From the NCBI GenBank assembly GCA_964503465.1, contig CAZCYZ010000001.1, positions 405,898-469,897 of the forward strand: a stretch of DNA of 64,000 nt, written 5' to 3'. Source of the DNA: an uncultured Gammaproteobacteria bacterium. GTDB taxonomy: Bacteria > Patescibacteriota > Microgenomatia > UBA12405. The position numbers and the translations under genes are program-made. Shown in pieces: positions 28,827 to 38,743 of the stretch. The stretch's first letter is position 1. Each line of letters starts with the position of its first letter. The notes beneath the pieces are model-generated. The model was not told the DNA's origin and ran no database searches. It saw only the letters and a program-made list of their open reading frames with translations.

Positions 28827-31703
28827 ATGTCCTACTTCAAAGATGTTCCTCAAAAACCCGATTTTCCTCAAATGGAAAAGGACATTCTTGACTGGTGGGC
28901 CGAAAACGACATCGTCAATCAATACCTTCACCGCAACGATCAGTCAACCAAAAAATTTTCCTTTCTTGATGGCCCCATCACCGCCAACAACCCAATGGGT
29001 GTCCATCACGCCTGGGGTCGCACCCTCAAGGACCTCTATCAGAGGTACAAAAATATGCAAGGATACCGTCAGCGTTTTGTCAACGGTTTTGATTGCCAGG
29101 GTCTTTGGGTTGAAGTTGAAGTCGAAAAAGAAAAGGGCTTTAAAACCAAAAAAGACATCGAAAGCTACGGTATTGATAAGTTTGTCCAGGACTGCAAAGA
29201 TCGAGTTTCCAAATACTCTCAAATACAAACAGAACAATCTAAACGCCTTGGGTATTTTATGGACTGGGACCACTCGTACTACACCATGAGTGATGAAAAC
29301 AATTTTATGATTTGGGCTTTCCTTAAAAAATGTCACCAGGAGGGAAACATCTACAAAGGTGAAGACGTTGTCCCCTGGTGTCCTCGTTGTGGGACAGCCC
29401 TTTCCCAACACGAAATTGACACTGAAGGTTATAAACAACTTACTCACGAAACTGTTTATATGCGCTTTCCAGTAATCCGCCACACAACTATCGCCAACAA
29501 CGAGTTTCTCCTTGTTTGGACCACCACTCCCTGGACTATTCCAGCTGACACCATCGTTGCCCTAAGTCCAGAAATAAAATACGCTCAAGTTGAATTCGAA
29601 GGTAAGCTATATTGGCTAGCTAAAAATTTAATCAAGTCCTGTTTCGATCGAGAACTTAAACCAATCAAGGTACTCACTGGCCAACAATTAATCGATAACG
29701 AACACATCACTTCGTACCAAGCCGCCTTTGACTACCTACCGGTTATTGAACAACTAAAGTCTTCAAGTCCCTATCACTTTCATGCCGTTACTCTCTCAAA
29801 AGATTTAGTTAACGACCAAGAGGGAACTGGAATTGTCCACATTGTCCCTGGTACAGGTAAAGAAGATTTTGATCTTGTCAAGAGTAGTTTGAGTTGGAAC
29901 GACGTCATCTTTCCAGCAGTTGATGAATCAGGTAACTATCTTGATAATTTCGGTGATCTGACAGGACTTAACGCCAAAAATCATCCAGAACTGATTGTCG
30001 AAAAACTAAAAACCATCAACAACGGCCATTATCTTTTTAAAACCAAATCATATACTCATGCCTACCCAGTCTGCTGGCGCTGCAATAGTGAACTCATTTG
30101 GCGCTTAGTTCATGAATGGTATATTTCCATGGACAACCCTCGCCCCTCCGACGGCTTAACTCTTCGCCAAAGAATGATTGAGGTGGCCAAAAAAGTTACC
30201 TGGATTCCTGAGTTTGGCGCCAAAAGAGAACTCGACTGGCTTAATAACATGCATGACTGGCTTATTAGTAAAAAACGTTATTGGGGCTTATCACTCCCTA
30301 TTTGGGAATGTTCGTGCGGTAACTTTGAAATTATCGGCTCATCCGAAGAATTACAATCTAAAGCCGTCTCTGGTTGGGATAAATTTAGCGGTCACAGCCC
30401 CCATCGACCGTGGATCGATCATGTCAAAATAAAATGTTCCAAATGCAACCAAACAATATCACGTATCCCCGATGTTGGTAACCCCTGGCTCGATGCTGGT
30501 ATAGTCTCATTTTCTACTCTTGTTGATCCGACAACTAACAAAGTTAGTTATTTAGACAACAAAAAGTACTGGCAAGAGTGGTTCCCGGCTGACTTTGTTA
30601 CCGAATGTTTTCCGGGTCAATTCAAAAACTGGTTTTACTCACTTATTGCTATGTCAACCGCTCTCGAGGACACCAACCCCTTCAAAACTCTTCTTGGCCA
30701 CGCTCTAGTCAAAGACGAAAAGGGGGAAGAAATGCACAAAAGCAAAGGCAATGCTATCTGGTTTGATGAAGGCGTCGAAAAAATTGGAGCCGATACTATG
30801 CGCTGGCTCTATTGTCGTCAAAACCCAGAGTTCAATCTTCACTTCGGTTACAATGTTGCCGACGAAGTCCGTCGCCAATTCATTCTCCTTCTTTGGAACA
30901 CACTTAAATATTTCATTACCTACGCTAATCTCAACAACTGGTCACCCACCACCCTTACCCCACCGACTGATGTTTTAGATAAATGGCTTATCTCCCGTTT
31001 GGAGTCAACCAAGAAAACAATTGAAAAGTCACTTGATACCTATCAGCACCAGTTAGCAATCACCCACATTGAAACCTTTATCAACGACTTTTCAACCTGG
31101 TACATTCGTCGCTCGCGTGATCGAGACAACACCCTCCCACTTCTTTATCACTGCCTCTTGCAGATTACTGTTCTACTTGCCCCATTTACGCCATTTTTAA
31201 GCGAAACAATATTCCATTATCTAAAACCCGACAGTTCCGCCTCCATTCACCTCGAAAATTGGCCAAGTGTTAACCAAAAACAAATTGATCAGCAACTCGA
31301 AACTCACATGACTCAAGTTCGCGATTTATGCCAGCAAATTCATGCTGCCCGTCAACAGGCCGCTATCAAAATTCGCCAACCACTTGCCTCTGCTACCATC
31401 AACATCCAGCTGGACCCAGAGTTAATCCAAATTATAGCCGAAGAAACTAATGTCAAAACTATCACTGTTAGTAAAAATGTCACCCTTGATACTACCCTTA
31501 CCAAAGAACTCATCGAAGAAGGGGAGTACCGCGACTTTATCCGCCAAATCCAAGTTATTCGTAAAGAACAAAACCTAACCTTAACCGACAAAATCAAAAT
31601 CAATGCTCCATCCTGGCCAAAAAATTACGAAGAACAAATACTTAAAAAAACACTTGCCGTTAGTATCACTGTCTCATCAGACCTAAAAATCACCAAGATC
31701 TAA
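28827..31703 (+). CDS. ileS: Isoleucine--tRNA ligase
   Basis: PITANNPMGVHHAWG (HIGH region), WTTTPWT, KMSKS variant EEMHKSKGN. 958 aa. Confidence 0.85.
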   Translation: MSYFKDVPQKPDFPQMEKDILDWWAENDIVNQYLHRNDQSTKKFSFLDGPITANNPMGVHHAWGRTLKDLYQRYKNMQGYRQRFVNGFDCQGLWVEVEVEKEKGFKTKKDIESYGIDKFVQDCKDRVSKYSQIQTEQSKRLGYFMDWDHSYYTMSDENNFMIWAFLKKCHQEGNIYKGEDVVPWCPRCGTALSQHEIDTEGYKQLTHETVYMRFPVIRHTTIANNEFLLVWTTTPWTIPADTIVALSPEIKYAQVEFEGKLYWLAKNLIKSCFDRELKPIKVLTGQQLIDNEHITSYQAAFDYLPVIEQLKSSSPYHFHAVTLSKDLVNDQEGTGIVHIVPGTGKEDFDLVKSSLSWNDVIFPAVDESGNYLDNFGDLTGLNAKNHPELIVEKLKTINNGHYLFKTKSYTHAYPVCWRCNSELIWRLVHEWYISMDNPRPSDGLTLRQRMIEVAKKVTWIPEFGAKRELDWLNNMHDWLISKKRYWGLSLPIWECSCGNFEIIGSSEELQSKAVSGWDKFSGHSPHRPWIDHVKIKCSKCNQTISRIPDVGNPWLDAGIVSFSTLVDPTTNKVSYLDNKKYWQEWFPADFVTECFPGQFKNWFYSLIAMSTALEDTNPFKTLLGHALVKDEKGEEMHKSKGNAIWFDEGVEKIGADTMRWLYCRQNPEFNLHFGYNVADEVRRQFILLLWNTLKYFITYANLNNWSPTTLTPPTDVLDKWLISRLESTKKTIEKSLDTYQHQLAITHIETFINDFSTWYIRRSRDRDNTLPLLYHCLLQITVLLAPFTPFLSETIFHYLKPDSSASIHLENWPSVNQKQIDQQLETHMTQVRDLCQQIHAARQQAAIKIRQPLASATINIQLDPELIQIIAEETNVKTITVSKNVTLDTTLTKELIEEGEYRDFIRQIQVIRKEQNLTLTDKIKINAPSWPKNYEEQILKKTLAVSITVSSDLKITKI

Positions 31704-31704
31704 C

Positions 31705-32682
31705 ATGTCAATTATCGTCCCACTTGTTGTTCTTGGATGTTTTAACCTCATCGTTGTATCATCTTTGAATCCCAATCTCCTTGGAAAACAAATCCTTCTT
31801 TGGATTCTGGGACTGATTTCATTTTGGTTTGGTCATCACCTCAACTCTAATATCCACTCCAAAACTCAGTGGCTATTGTTCTTCTTGTCATGTTTCGTAC
31901 TCATAATTCCTCTAGTTTTTAGCCCTATCACCCGTGGGTCTAAACGATGGCTCAATCTAGGAGTTACTCGAATCCAACCATCAGAAATAGTTAAACCAAC
32001 CTTAATGTTGTTCCTTGCTAATACCTCCCTACCATTACTGCACCTTCTCCCTATATTTTTAGTCGGTCTCCAACCAGATCTAGGCAGTGCCATCACTCTT
32101 CTCTCACTTCTCATCCCCGTTATTATCCTCAACACTAAACTGTTAAAAACCACTATTGTAGCCATTGCCGCCGCAGCTATCCTTTCACCTTTTATTTGGA
32201 AATACACCCTCCACGATTATCAAAGAAATCGATTAATTACTTTTGTTAATCCAGCCCAAGATCCACTAGGAAAAGGTTACCACACAATCCAGTCCAAAAT
32301 AGCCATTGGATCAGCTGGTTTTTTTGGTAAAGGTTACAAAAAAGGTAGCCAAGGCCAACTTCTTTTTCTCCCGGAAAAACATACTGATTTTATTTTCGCT
32401 GCCACCATTGAAGAACTGGGACTATTAAGTGGTATTATCATCATCCTCGCCTACTATACCCTTATCAAAGGCCTAATCCTCAAAGCTTCAACCTCGAACA
32501 GTCAACCTCAAGCCATTTTCACCCTAGGGATAGGCCTCCTCATCTGGACACAAGTTTTTGTTAATATAGGCATGAATATTGGTCTTCTCCCAATTACCGG
32601 TATACCGCTTCCGTTTCTTTCAGTGGGAGGATCTTCACTTGTCTCCCTAATGTTTTCTCTGGGAATAGTCTTTTCTTCATGA
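31705..32682 (+). CDS. SEDS family protein (RodA-like)
   Basis: Polytopic, with C-terminal GIPLPFLSVGGSSL. A second SEDS paralogue besides ftsW. Confidence 0.7.
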   Translation: MSIIVPLVVLGCFNLIVVSSLNPNLLGKQILLWILGLISFWFGHHLNSNIHSKTQWLLFFLSCFVLIIPLVFSPITRGSKRWLNLGVTRIQPSEIVKPTLMLFLANTSLPLLHLLPIFLVGLQPDLGSAITLLSLLIPVIILNTKLLKTTIVAIAAAAILSPFIWKYTLHDYQRNRLITFVNPAQDPLGKGYHTIQSKIAIGSAGFFGKGYKKGSQGQLLFLPEKHTDFIFAATIEELGLLSGIIIILAYYTLIKGLILKASTSNSQPQAIFTLGIGLLIWTQVFVNIGMNIGLLPITGIPLPFLSVGGSSLVSLMFSLGIVFSS

Positions 32683-32714
32683 CAGCCATCCCTTCTGTGA
32701 TATAATCACCAGGT

Positions 32715-33029
32715 ATGAAATATGCAGTCATCGACGTCTCTGGTCGTCAACACCAAGTCCAAGAAAATAGCATCATCACCGTTGACCACATTGACGGTAA
32801 AGTCGGTGATAAGTATACCATCGATAATGTTCTGCTCGTAGTTGATGACGACAACATAAAAATCGGTACTCCAACTCTTGGTACATCATCAGTCGAAAGC
32901 CAAATAATCAAAACCTATCAAGGTGCTAAGCTTCGCGTTTTCAAGTACAAGGCCAAGTCAAGATACCATAAAACTCAGGGGTTTCGCCCTCAGCTCACTG
33001 ACATCAAAATTATCAAAATCAACCCATAA
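32715..33029 (+). CDS. rplU: 50S ribosomal protein L21
   Basis: MKYAVIDVSGRQHQV N-terminus. 104 aa. Confidence 0.85.
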   Translation: MKYAVIDVSGRQHQVQENSIITVDHIDGKVGDKYTIDNVLLVVDDDNIKIGTPTLGTSSVESQIIKTYQGAKLRVFKYKAKSRYHKTQGFRPQLTDIKIIKINP

Positions 33030-33036
33030 CTGAACC

Positions 33037-33288
33037 ATGGCACACACTAAAGCTCAAGGAAAAACTAACCAAAAATCCAACCGTCCCGGTCAAAGGCGTG
33101 GAGTTAAACTCTTTGGTGGACAAAAAGCTCAAAATGGTAACATTATTGTCCGCCAAGTTGGATCAAAGTTTCATCCAGGCGAAGGTACCAAAATTGGTCG
33201 AGATTTTACCATCTACGCCATTAGGTCAGGAATCGTTAGATTCGTCAAACGTCTTAATAAACAGTTAGTCGCAGTGGTCAAACCGTAA
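33037..33288 (+). CDS. rpmA: 50S ribosomal protein L27
   Basis: MAHTKAQGKT...RRGVKLFGGQ. 83 aa. Confidence 0.85.
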   Translation: MAHTKAQGKTNQKSNRPGQRRGVKLFGGQKAQNGNIIVRQVGSKFHPGEGTKIGRDFTIYAIRSGIVRFVKRLNKQLVAVVKP

Positions 33289-33359
33289 TACCTAATTGAT
33301 TCGATTCGAACCAGTTCATCTCACTTTTTTCACATGCTCTTTCATAGTAATCTGAATAG

Positions 33360-34229
33360 ATGAAACAGGTTGACCAAATCCCAACCAATCAACTCGAACC
33401 CAATCCTCTTCAGCCCCGTGGTGTTATCAGCTCGGACTCAATCTCTGAACTCATCAGTTCCATTCAGGAACACGGCATTCTAGAACCTCTTATTGTCGCC
33501 AAGACCCCAGCTGGATATCAAATCATTGCTGGAGAACGTCGTTGGCGGGCCGCTAGACTGCTCAAATTAACCCACGTCCCAGCCATTGTCAAAGAAGTCA
33601 CCCCCCAACAAATGTTGGAAATGGCCATCGTTGAAAATGTTCAAAGGAAAGATCTCAATCCAATCGAAAGAGCCAAAGCTTTTCTTCGCCTTAAAGAGGA
33701 ATTTAATCTAGACCACAACCAGATAGCCAAACGAGTCAGTAAAAGTACTCCGTATGTCATTAACGTTCTCAAATTACTAACTCTTCCCGATGCTCTAAAA
33801 GATGGTCTATTATCTGGACTGATTACTGAAGGTCACGCCCGAGCTCTTGCTGGAATCAACGACACCCGCCTAATGATTGAAGCCTACAAAATCGTCCTCA
33901 AGGAGAAGGCTTCCGTCCGACGTGCCGAGGAAATAGCCAGAAGAATGAGAAAAAAAATAGAAGAGGGGACTGTTCCCATTACCAAAGAAAATCTACCACT
34001 CTTTCTCAAGTCCAAACTCGATAACATTAGCAATGATCTTGAGTCAGTTTTTGACAACAAAACTACCAAAGTTAGAATCTCCCAAACAAATGTTGTCACC
34101 CGAATCGTCTTTCAATTCCGAGGTCCAATTCAAGACCGCTTCAACGGACTCCAACAACTCTACCAACAACTTTGCCACAAAGAGATCAAATCAGAATCTG
34201 ATTTTCGGAACCAACCCAATCGACGATAG
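33360..34229 (+). CDS. parB: ParB/Spo0J-family partition protein (no adjacent parA)
   Basis: LEPNPLQPRG, GERRWRAA and the HTH segment. Confidence 0.75.
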   Translation: MKQVDQIPTNQLEPNPLQPRGVISSDSISELISSIQEHGILEPLIVAKTPAGYQIIAGERRWRAARLLKLTHVPAIVKEVTPQQMLEMAIVENVQRKDLNPIERAKAFLRLKEEFNLDHNQIAKRVSKSTPYVINVLKLLTLPDALKDGLLSGLITEGHARALAGINDTRLMIEAYKIVLKEKASVRRAEEIARRMRKKIEEGTVPITKENLPLFLKSKLDNISNDLESVFDNKTTKVRISQTNVVTRIVFQFRGPIQDRFNGLQQLYQQLCHKEIKSESDFRNQPNRR

Positions 34230-34808
34230 CGGCCAGTAAATAAAAAAGGCTCTACCAACAATTCTATCCTTACCAATCGGACCAAAAGCTCTCCCATCAC
34301 GAGAATGTGACCGGTTATCCCCTAAGCACAAGTACTCATCAGCCGGAACGACTCTCTCCACTCCCTCTTGCAAATATGAATCTGGCTCAGTTACAAAGTC
34401 CGCCGGTAAAAAAGTTTCATTCAGTAATTCCCCATTAAGATACACCCTATTTCCCTTAACCATCACACGATCCCCAGGAACACCAATTATCCTTTTAATA
34501 TATTCACACTCATCCTCGGCGCACGGCTCAGTACTTGGAGCCTTAAAAACCACCACATCACCTCTCTGTGGCTTATTCAATTGATATGAAAGTTTATCCG
34601 TCAACAAATACTGACCATTTTCAAAGTTTGGTAGCATCGAATTGCCTTTAACCTCATTAGGTTGGGCCACAAACAGGTATAGCAGCACAAATACCGACAA
34701 CGCCAACACTATTGACTGAACAAACTCTAGAACAAAATTACCAATTGATCCTCTTTGGTTGATGTTATTACTTCTCATAGATTCCAGTGTAGCATATAAT
34801 CTTATCAT
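34191..34808 (-). CDS. lepB: Signal peptidase I
   Basis: GNSMLPNF (catalytic Ser), GDNRSHSRDGR box. N-terminal TM helix. Confidence 0.85.
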   Translation of the reverse strand: MIRLYATLESMRSNNINQRGSIGNFVLEFVQSIVLALSVFVLLYLFVAQPNEVKGNSMLPNFENGQYLLTDKLSYQLNKPQRGDVVVFKAPSTEPCAEDECEYIKRIIGVPGDRVMVKGNRVYLNGELLNETFLPADFVTEPDSYLQEGVERVVPADEYLCLGDNRSHSRDGRAFGPIGKDRIVGRAFFIYWPLSSIGLVPKIRF

Positions 34809-34812
34809 CAGA

Positions 34813-34884
34813 GGTCGCTTGGCTCAGTGGTAGAGCGTTCCGTTCACATCGGAAAGGTCAGAGGTCCGATCCCTCTAGCGACCA
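34813..34884 (+). tRNA. tRNA-Val (anticodon CAC)
   Basis: Hand-folded cloverleaf. Acceptor GGTCGCT/AGCGACC, D-arm GCTC-AGTGGTA-GAGC, anticodon arm TTCCG-TTCACAT-CGGAA, T-arm AGAGG-TCCGATC-CCTCT, discriminator A. No encoded CCA. Confidence 0.7.
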
Positions 34885-34886
34885 CT

Positions 34887-35462
34887 ATGTATATCAAATC
34901 GGCTATACTTATAATCCTTAGTTTTACCCTAACTCTCTGTCTACTCGTTAAGCCAGATGTCAGGATTGCTTATTTTGACAATCAAACTATCATCGCACCT
35001 CCAGCAGTTTCTTCTCCGATATTAGGTGACACTACCAATCCCAGCTCCACCAAAAGAATTGAGGTTAATTTAACCGAACAAAAAGTTTATGCTTATGAAA
35101 ACAATCAGCTAATCTACAGTTTTCTTATTTCCTCAGGAAAGTGGGGGAGGACTCATCCAGGTACCTATCAAATTTGGTCAAAAGTTCGTTCTCAAAAAAT
35201 GTCTGGAGGATCAAGGGAAAATGGTACCTATTATTATCTTCCTAATGTTCCGTATATTATGTTTTTCTACAATTCCCAACATCCAAAATCAATGGGGTAC
35301 AGTTTTCATGGTACCTATTGGCACAATAACTTTGGTTATCCCATGTCTCACGGCTGCGTCAACATGAAAACACCAGAGGCCGGTCTTTTGTATCAATGGG
35401 CTGAAATCGGAACCCCAATCACCATCTATGGTAAATTCCAATACCCCCAAGCCTCAAGATAA
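34887..35462 (+). CDS. L,D-transpeptidase (YkuD domain)
   Basis: HGTYWHNNFGYPMSHGCVNM catalytic His/Cys motif. N-terminal TM anchor. ATG lies 2 nt after tRNA-Val. Confidence 0.75.
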   Translation: MYIKSAILIILSFTLTLCLLVKPDVRIAYFDNQTIIAPPAVSSPILGDTTNPSSTKRIEVNLTEQKVYAYENNQLIYSFLISSGKWGRTHPGTYQIWSKVRSQKMSGGSRENGTYYYLPNVPYIMFFYNSQHPKSMGYSFHGTYWHNNFGYPMSHGCVNMKTPEAGLLYQWAEIGTPITIYGKFQYPQASR

Positions 35463-35463
35463 A

Positions 35464-37824
35464 CTACCAAATCTGAAGATACAATCTTGACACCAATACT
35501 TCATCAGCCGCCACCCCACCATATTCACCCAAAACCTTTTTAATTCCTGCTTCTTTCACCAACCTTCCTAGATAATCATAATTAAGCGACCCAAACTGAC
35601 TTGGGACCATTCTCCGCCTAACGTTTACTTTAGTAGTGTAATCAACCAGATCTCTTATCCTTATCATCCTAGTCACCAAGTTATTCGCCACTGTCAAATC
35701 CGTGTTCCTTCTGTTTATTGCCAATATGGACTTTAGAACCTCAAGCATTCTTTCGCTTACTACCGACTCTTTTCTTGCTTTTCTAAAGGCAAATATTCTA
35801 TCGACCACCCCAGTATCATTCCTACCAACAACCGCCGCCAATATTCCAACCAAGTTAATATCCCCAGGGTAACTTCTCAATAAATAGTTACTATCTCTGG
35901 TTATCAAACCATATAAATAGTCAAGGTTCTCCTCATCCATTGTCAGGTCAGTCTTTTGCCCGCTAATTACCAAGGTCTTAGTGATTCCAACGCCAATGTC
36001 ATCCTCAAAATATTTCCAACTATTTTCATCACCCGTGTTCCCTAATACCAAATGATAAATTCCATCGTTAGTTCCCACAATTACAACTCGACATCGTGCA
36101 TAATCTTGGTTTTTTATAACCACAAAACCCAAATTATCACTAACCTCATCCTCATCACCGCAACTTACCTTCATCGTTGCCGGTGATCCCAAATAAAATA
36201 CCAAGTGATCGTTAAAACCACTATCAAAGTTACCGCTTACCCCAGTCCCCAAACCTAATTCACTAAAAACACCGGGAATAGAACGGTCAACAATCGAACC
36301 ATGATCAGAATTCAACTCGCTAAAACCCCCAATGTCATTCAAAAAAACTGCACTCTTTTTTAATACCGTTCCATCGCCATCCCCATACTCGTAGGAGATC
36401 GGCCGTCCATCGGGCCACCAGCCCAACACTTGATCAAAGATGTTCCTCTCTCCCAAAACTGTCCATTCCGCAGTATCTCTACCAACCCCTGAAACCGCTC
36501 TAAAATTTTCAAAAATTGATGAAGCCATTAAATTCTTGACCATTAAATAATCATTTTTTTGACTCATACTCGCCAAATTCAAGACAGCCCCATTCTTTTT
36601 CGCGAATTCAAAAACTGGAAGAATATCCTTCATTACCGGCACCAAGTTTCTAATCACCTCCAACCTATTGGAGAAACCACCTTTTTGCAATTGAACCAAA
36701 ACATTTAGAGCAATTGGCCCAACGCCAGCTCCATCCAAGATCTTGGCTCCATTCCAGATATCATAAGCCCTAACAACTCCGTAATGAGGACTACCCAAAC
36801 TTACAACCTTCCCCAATCTAGTATCAGACATATTATCTTGACTCCACACTCTTGCCACCAACCCACCCAAACTATGTCCCACCAAATCAACCTTCTCTTC
36901 ATCATTAACTTTAGCATTAACAAAATCATCCAACTTAGTTACTATTTCCGATACCGGCCGCCGCCAATCATAATTCCACACCCAAAAATCTCGACCTCTA
37001 ACCAAACCTTTATCCTCAAATGCCGCAATTAACGAATCATAGTTGTGAACAAAAGGTGTCATTCTCCACTGGTCATCCCCAACCATCCCGTTATACACCA
37101 ATGCCTCCGTGTTCCAGCTCGCCCCAAGACCAGGAATTACAATAATTTTATTATGTACACTCGAATCACCTGATGCAATTATAAAATTGTCATACCTGTT
37201 CACAACATTACTATAGAAGTAGTCACCCGCATAATTATTAATCCCCACACCACCCGACCCAATTGCTGAATCGGAGTCATCATTCACATCAACAACCAGA
37301 GAGTTATTTACATATACCTTTATGTTTAAGGCCTTGACCTCAATTCTCAGTTGATACCAAATGTTCTGGACAAACACATAAGGGACATCGGGTAGCACTA
37401 AAGCATAATTACCACCGTTAAATCTCCACAATCTTAGACTATTTCCATCCCGTGGCCAAAGTGGGTCTCCATACCGCAATTCCAATTGATAAAACTTACT
37501 CCTATCAGAAGCAACACGAAACAAAAAATGCTGGTCCACTCCGGAAGTGTTCATTACATTCGCACTCACAACATAATCTTGTAAATCATCAGTGCCTTTC
37601 GCAAATAAATACGAATAGCTACGCCTGTTAACTTCAGTAACAAGATTACCCTCATCCAATCTCCATGTGTCCACTCCATTGTTCTGACCACTCACATATT
37701 CCCACTTGGCCAAATCACCTTCAAAATTATCTGTAAAATATACTGTGGCTAAAATTGATTGAGGGGAAAGGCAGGCGCCAATCAACAACACCAAAAACAA
37801 TACAGCACGCCCAAAACGCACCAC
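35464..37824 (-). CDS. Large secreted multidomain protein with ConA-like lectin/glucanase N-domain and PGAP1-like alpha/beta-hydrolase (lipase/deacylase) domain
   Basis: Signal peptide. DNFEGDLAKWEYVSGQNNGVDTWRLDEGNLV (concanavalin-like). GHSLGGLVAR nucleophile elbow preceded by VIPGLGAS. C-terminal ~300 aa unassigned. V/G/D/R-rich composition unlike its neighbours. Confidence 0.5.
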   Translation of the reverse strand: MVRFGRAVLFLVLLIGACLSPQSILATVYFTDNFEGDLAKWEYVSGQNNGVDTWRLDEGNLVTEVNRRSYSYLFAKGTDDLQDYVVSANVMNTSGVDQHFLFRVASDRSKFYQLELRYGDPLWPRDGNSLRLWRFNGGNYALVLPDVPYVFVQNIWYQLRIEVKALNIKVYVNNSLVVDVNDDSDSAIGSGGVGINNYAGDYFYSNVVNRYDNFIIASGDSSVHNKIIVIPGLGASWNTEALVYNGMVGDDQWRMTPFVHNYDSLIAAFEDKGLVRGRDFWVWNYDWRRPVSEIVTKLDDFVNAKVNDEEKVDLVGHSLGGLVARVWSQDNMSDTRLGKVVSLGSPHYGVVRAYDIWNGAKILDGAGVGPIALNVLVQLQKGGFSNRLEVIRNLVPVMKDILPVFEFAKKNGAVLNLASMSQKNDYLMVKNLMASSIFENFRAVSGVGRDTAEWTVLGERNIFDQVLGWWPDGRPISYEYGDGDGTVLKKSAVFLNDIGGFSELNSDHGSIVDRSIPGVFSELGLGTGVSGNFDSGFNDHLVFYLGSPATMKVSCGDEDEVSDNLGFVVIKNQDYARCRVVIVGTNDGIYHLVLGNTGDENSWKYFEDDIGVGITKTLVISGQKTDLTMDEENLDYLYGLITRDSNYLLRSYPGDINLVGILAAVVGRNDTGVVDRIFAFRKARKESVVSERMLEVLKSILAINRRNTDLTVANNLVTRMIRIRDLVDYTTKVNVRRRMVPSQFGSLNYDYLGRLVKEAGIKKVLGEYGGVAADEVLVSRLYLQIW

Positions 37825-37855
37825 TAATTAAGAGAATATATTCTCTCTAATAAAT

Positions 37856-38743
37856 ATGTCAAGTAACAAAATCACAGTAATTATCGTTAATTACAACTCA
37901 ACTCAATACCTAGTCCAATTATTAAAGTCACTTGCACTAATAAACTCGATCATCAAAACAATAATAATCATCGATAATAATTCACCTGATTTCAATTCAA
38001 CATCAATTAACAAAGTACCGGGATACAACAAAACCAAATTAATAATCAACAATGTCAACCGAGGATTTTCGTATGCAGTTAATCAGGGCATAACGGCATC
38101 AACCACCAACTTCATACTTTTACTTAACCCTGATACTGTTGTAATAGACACGTCAATAAAAACATTACTCGAAAAAATTACGAATGATTCAAAAATCGGA
38201 GTAATCGGCGGAACAATAGAGTCAATGTCGCAAAGAAATATACAGTTCACTGCCAACACACGACCAACCTTTCTTACTGCCCTGTTTGAATTTACAAATT
38301 TCAAAAAAATATTCCCGAATAATCCGTTCAGCATACATTTCTGGATTGAAAAAAAACTAAATCACAGCTATCAACAAAAAACACTGGATGTTGACGGTTT
38401 ATGTGGGGCATTTATGCTTTTTCGGAGAAACTCTCCATCCACCAATCTAAATTTATTCGATGAAAACTTCTTTCTATACCTGGAAGATTTAGATTTCTGT
38501 CTCACAATGAAGAACAAGGGGTTTTTAATCGTATATGACCCATCATCTAGGATAAAACACAAGGGTGGTGCAAGTAGCAATAGTAAATACAACATTGTAC
38601 TCAAACATTGGTACCAATCAAGAAAATACTTCTTTTTAAAACACTTAAATTTTATTCAGGGTATAATTCTCTGGATAATCTTTTCTATGGAAGAATTTAC
38701 ACTTTCTCTTTATCATCACATTCGTCATGAACCAGCAGAATAA
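37856..38743 (+). CDS. Glycosyltransferase family 2
   Basis: ITVIIVNYNSTQYL...IIIIDNNSPD, NPDTVV. Confidence 0.7.
   Translation: MSSNKITVIIVNYNSTQYLVQLLKSLALINSIIKTIIIIDNNSPDFNSTSINKVPGYNKTKLIINNVNRGFSYAVNQGITASTTNFILLLNPDTVVIDTSIKTLLEKITNDSKIGVIGGTIESMSQRNIQFTANTRPTFLTALFEFTNFKKIFPNNPFSIHFWIEKKLNHSYQQKTLDVDGLCGAFMLFRRNSPSTNLNLFDENFFLYLEDLDFCLTMKNKGFLIVYDPSSRIKHKGGASSNSKYNIVLKHWYQSRKYFFLKHLNFIQGIILWIIFSMEEFTLSLYHHIRHEPAE

Noticed and set aside
28501-28931. ORFs 28501..28818 (+) and 28566..28931 (-) spanning the FtsZ C-terminus and terminator
   Set aside because: They overlap the well-supported ftsZ and ileS genes and the terminator hairpin. Spurious.
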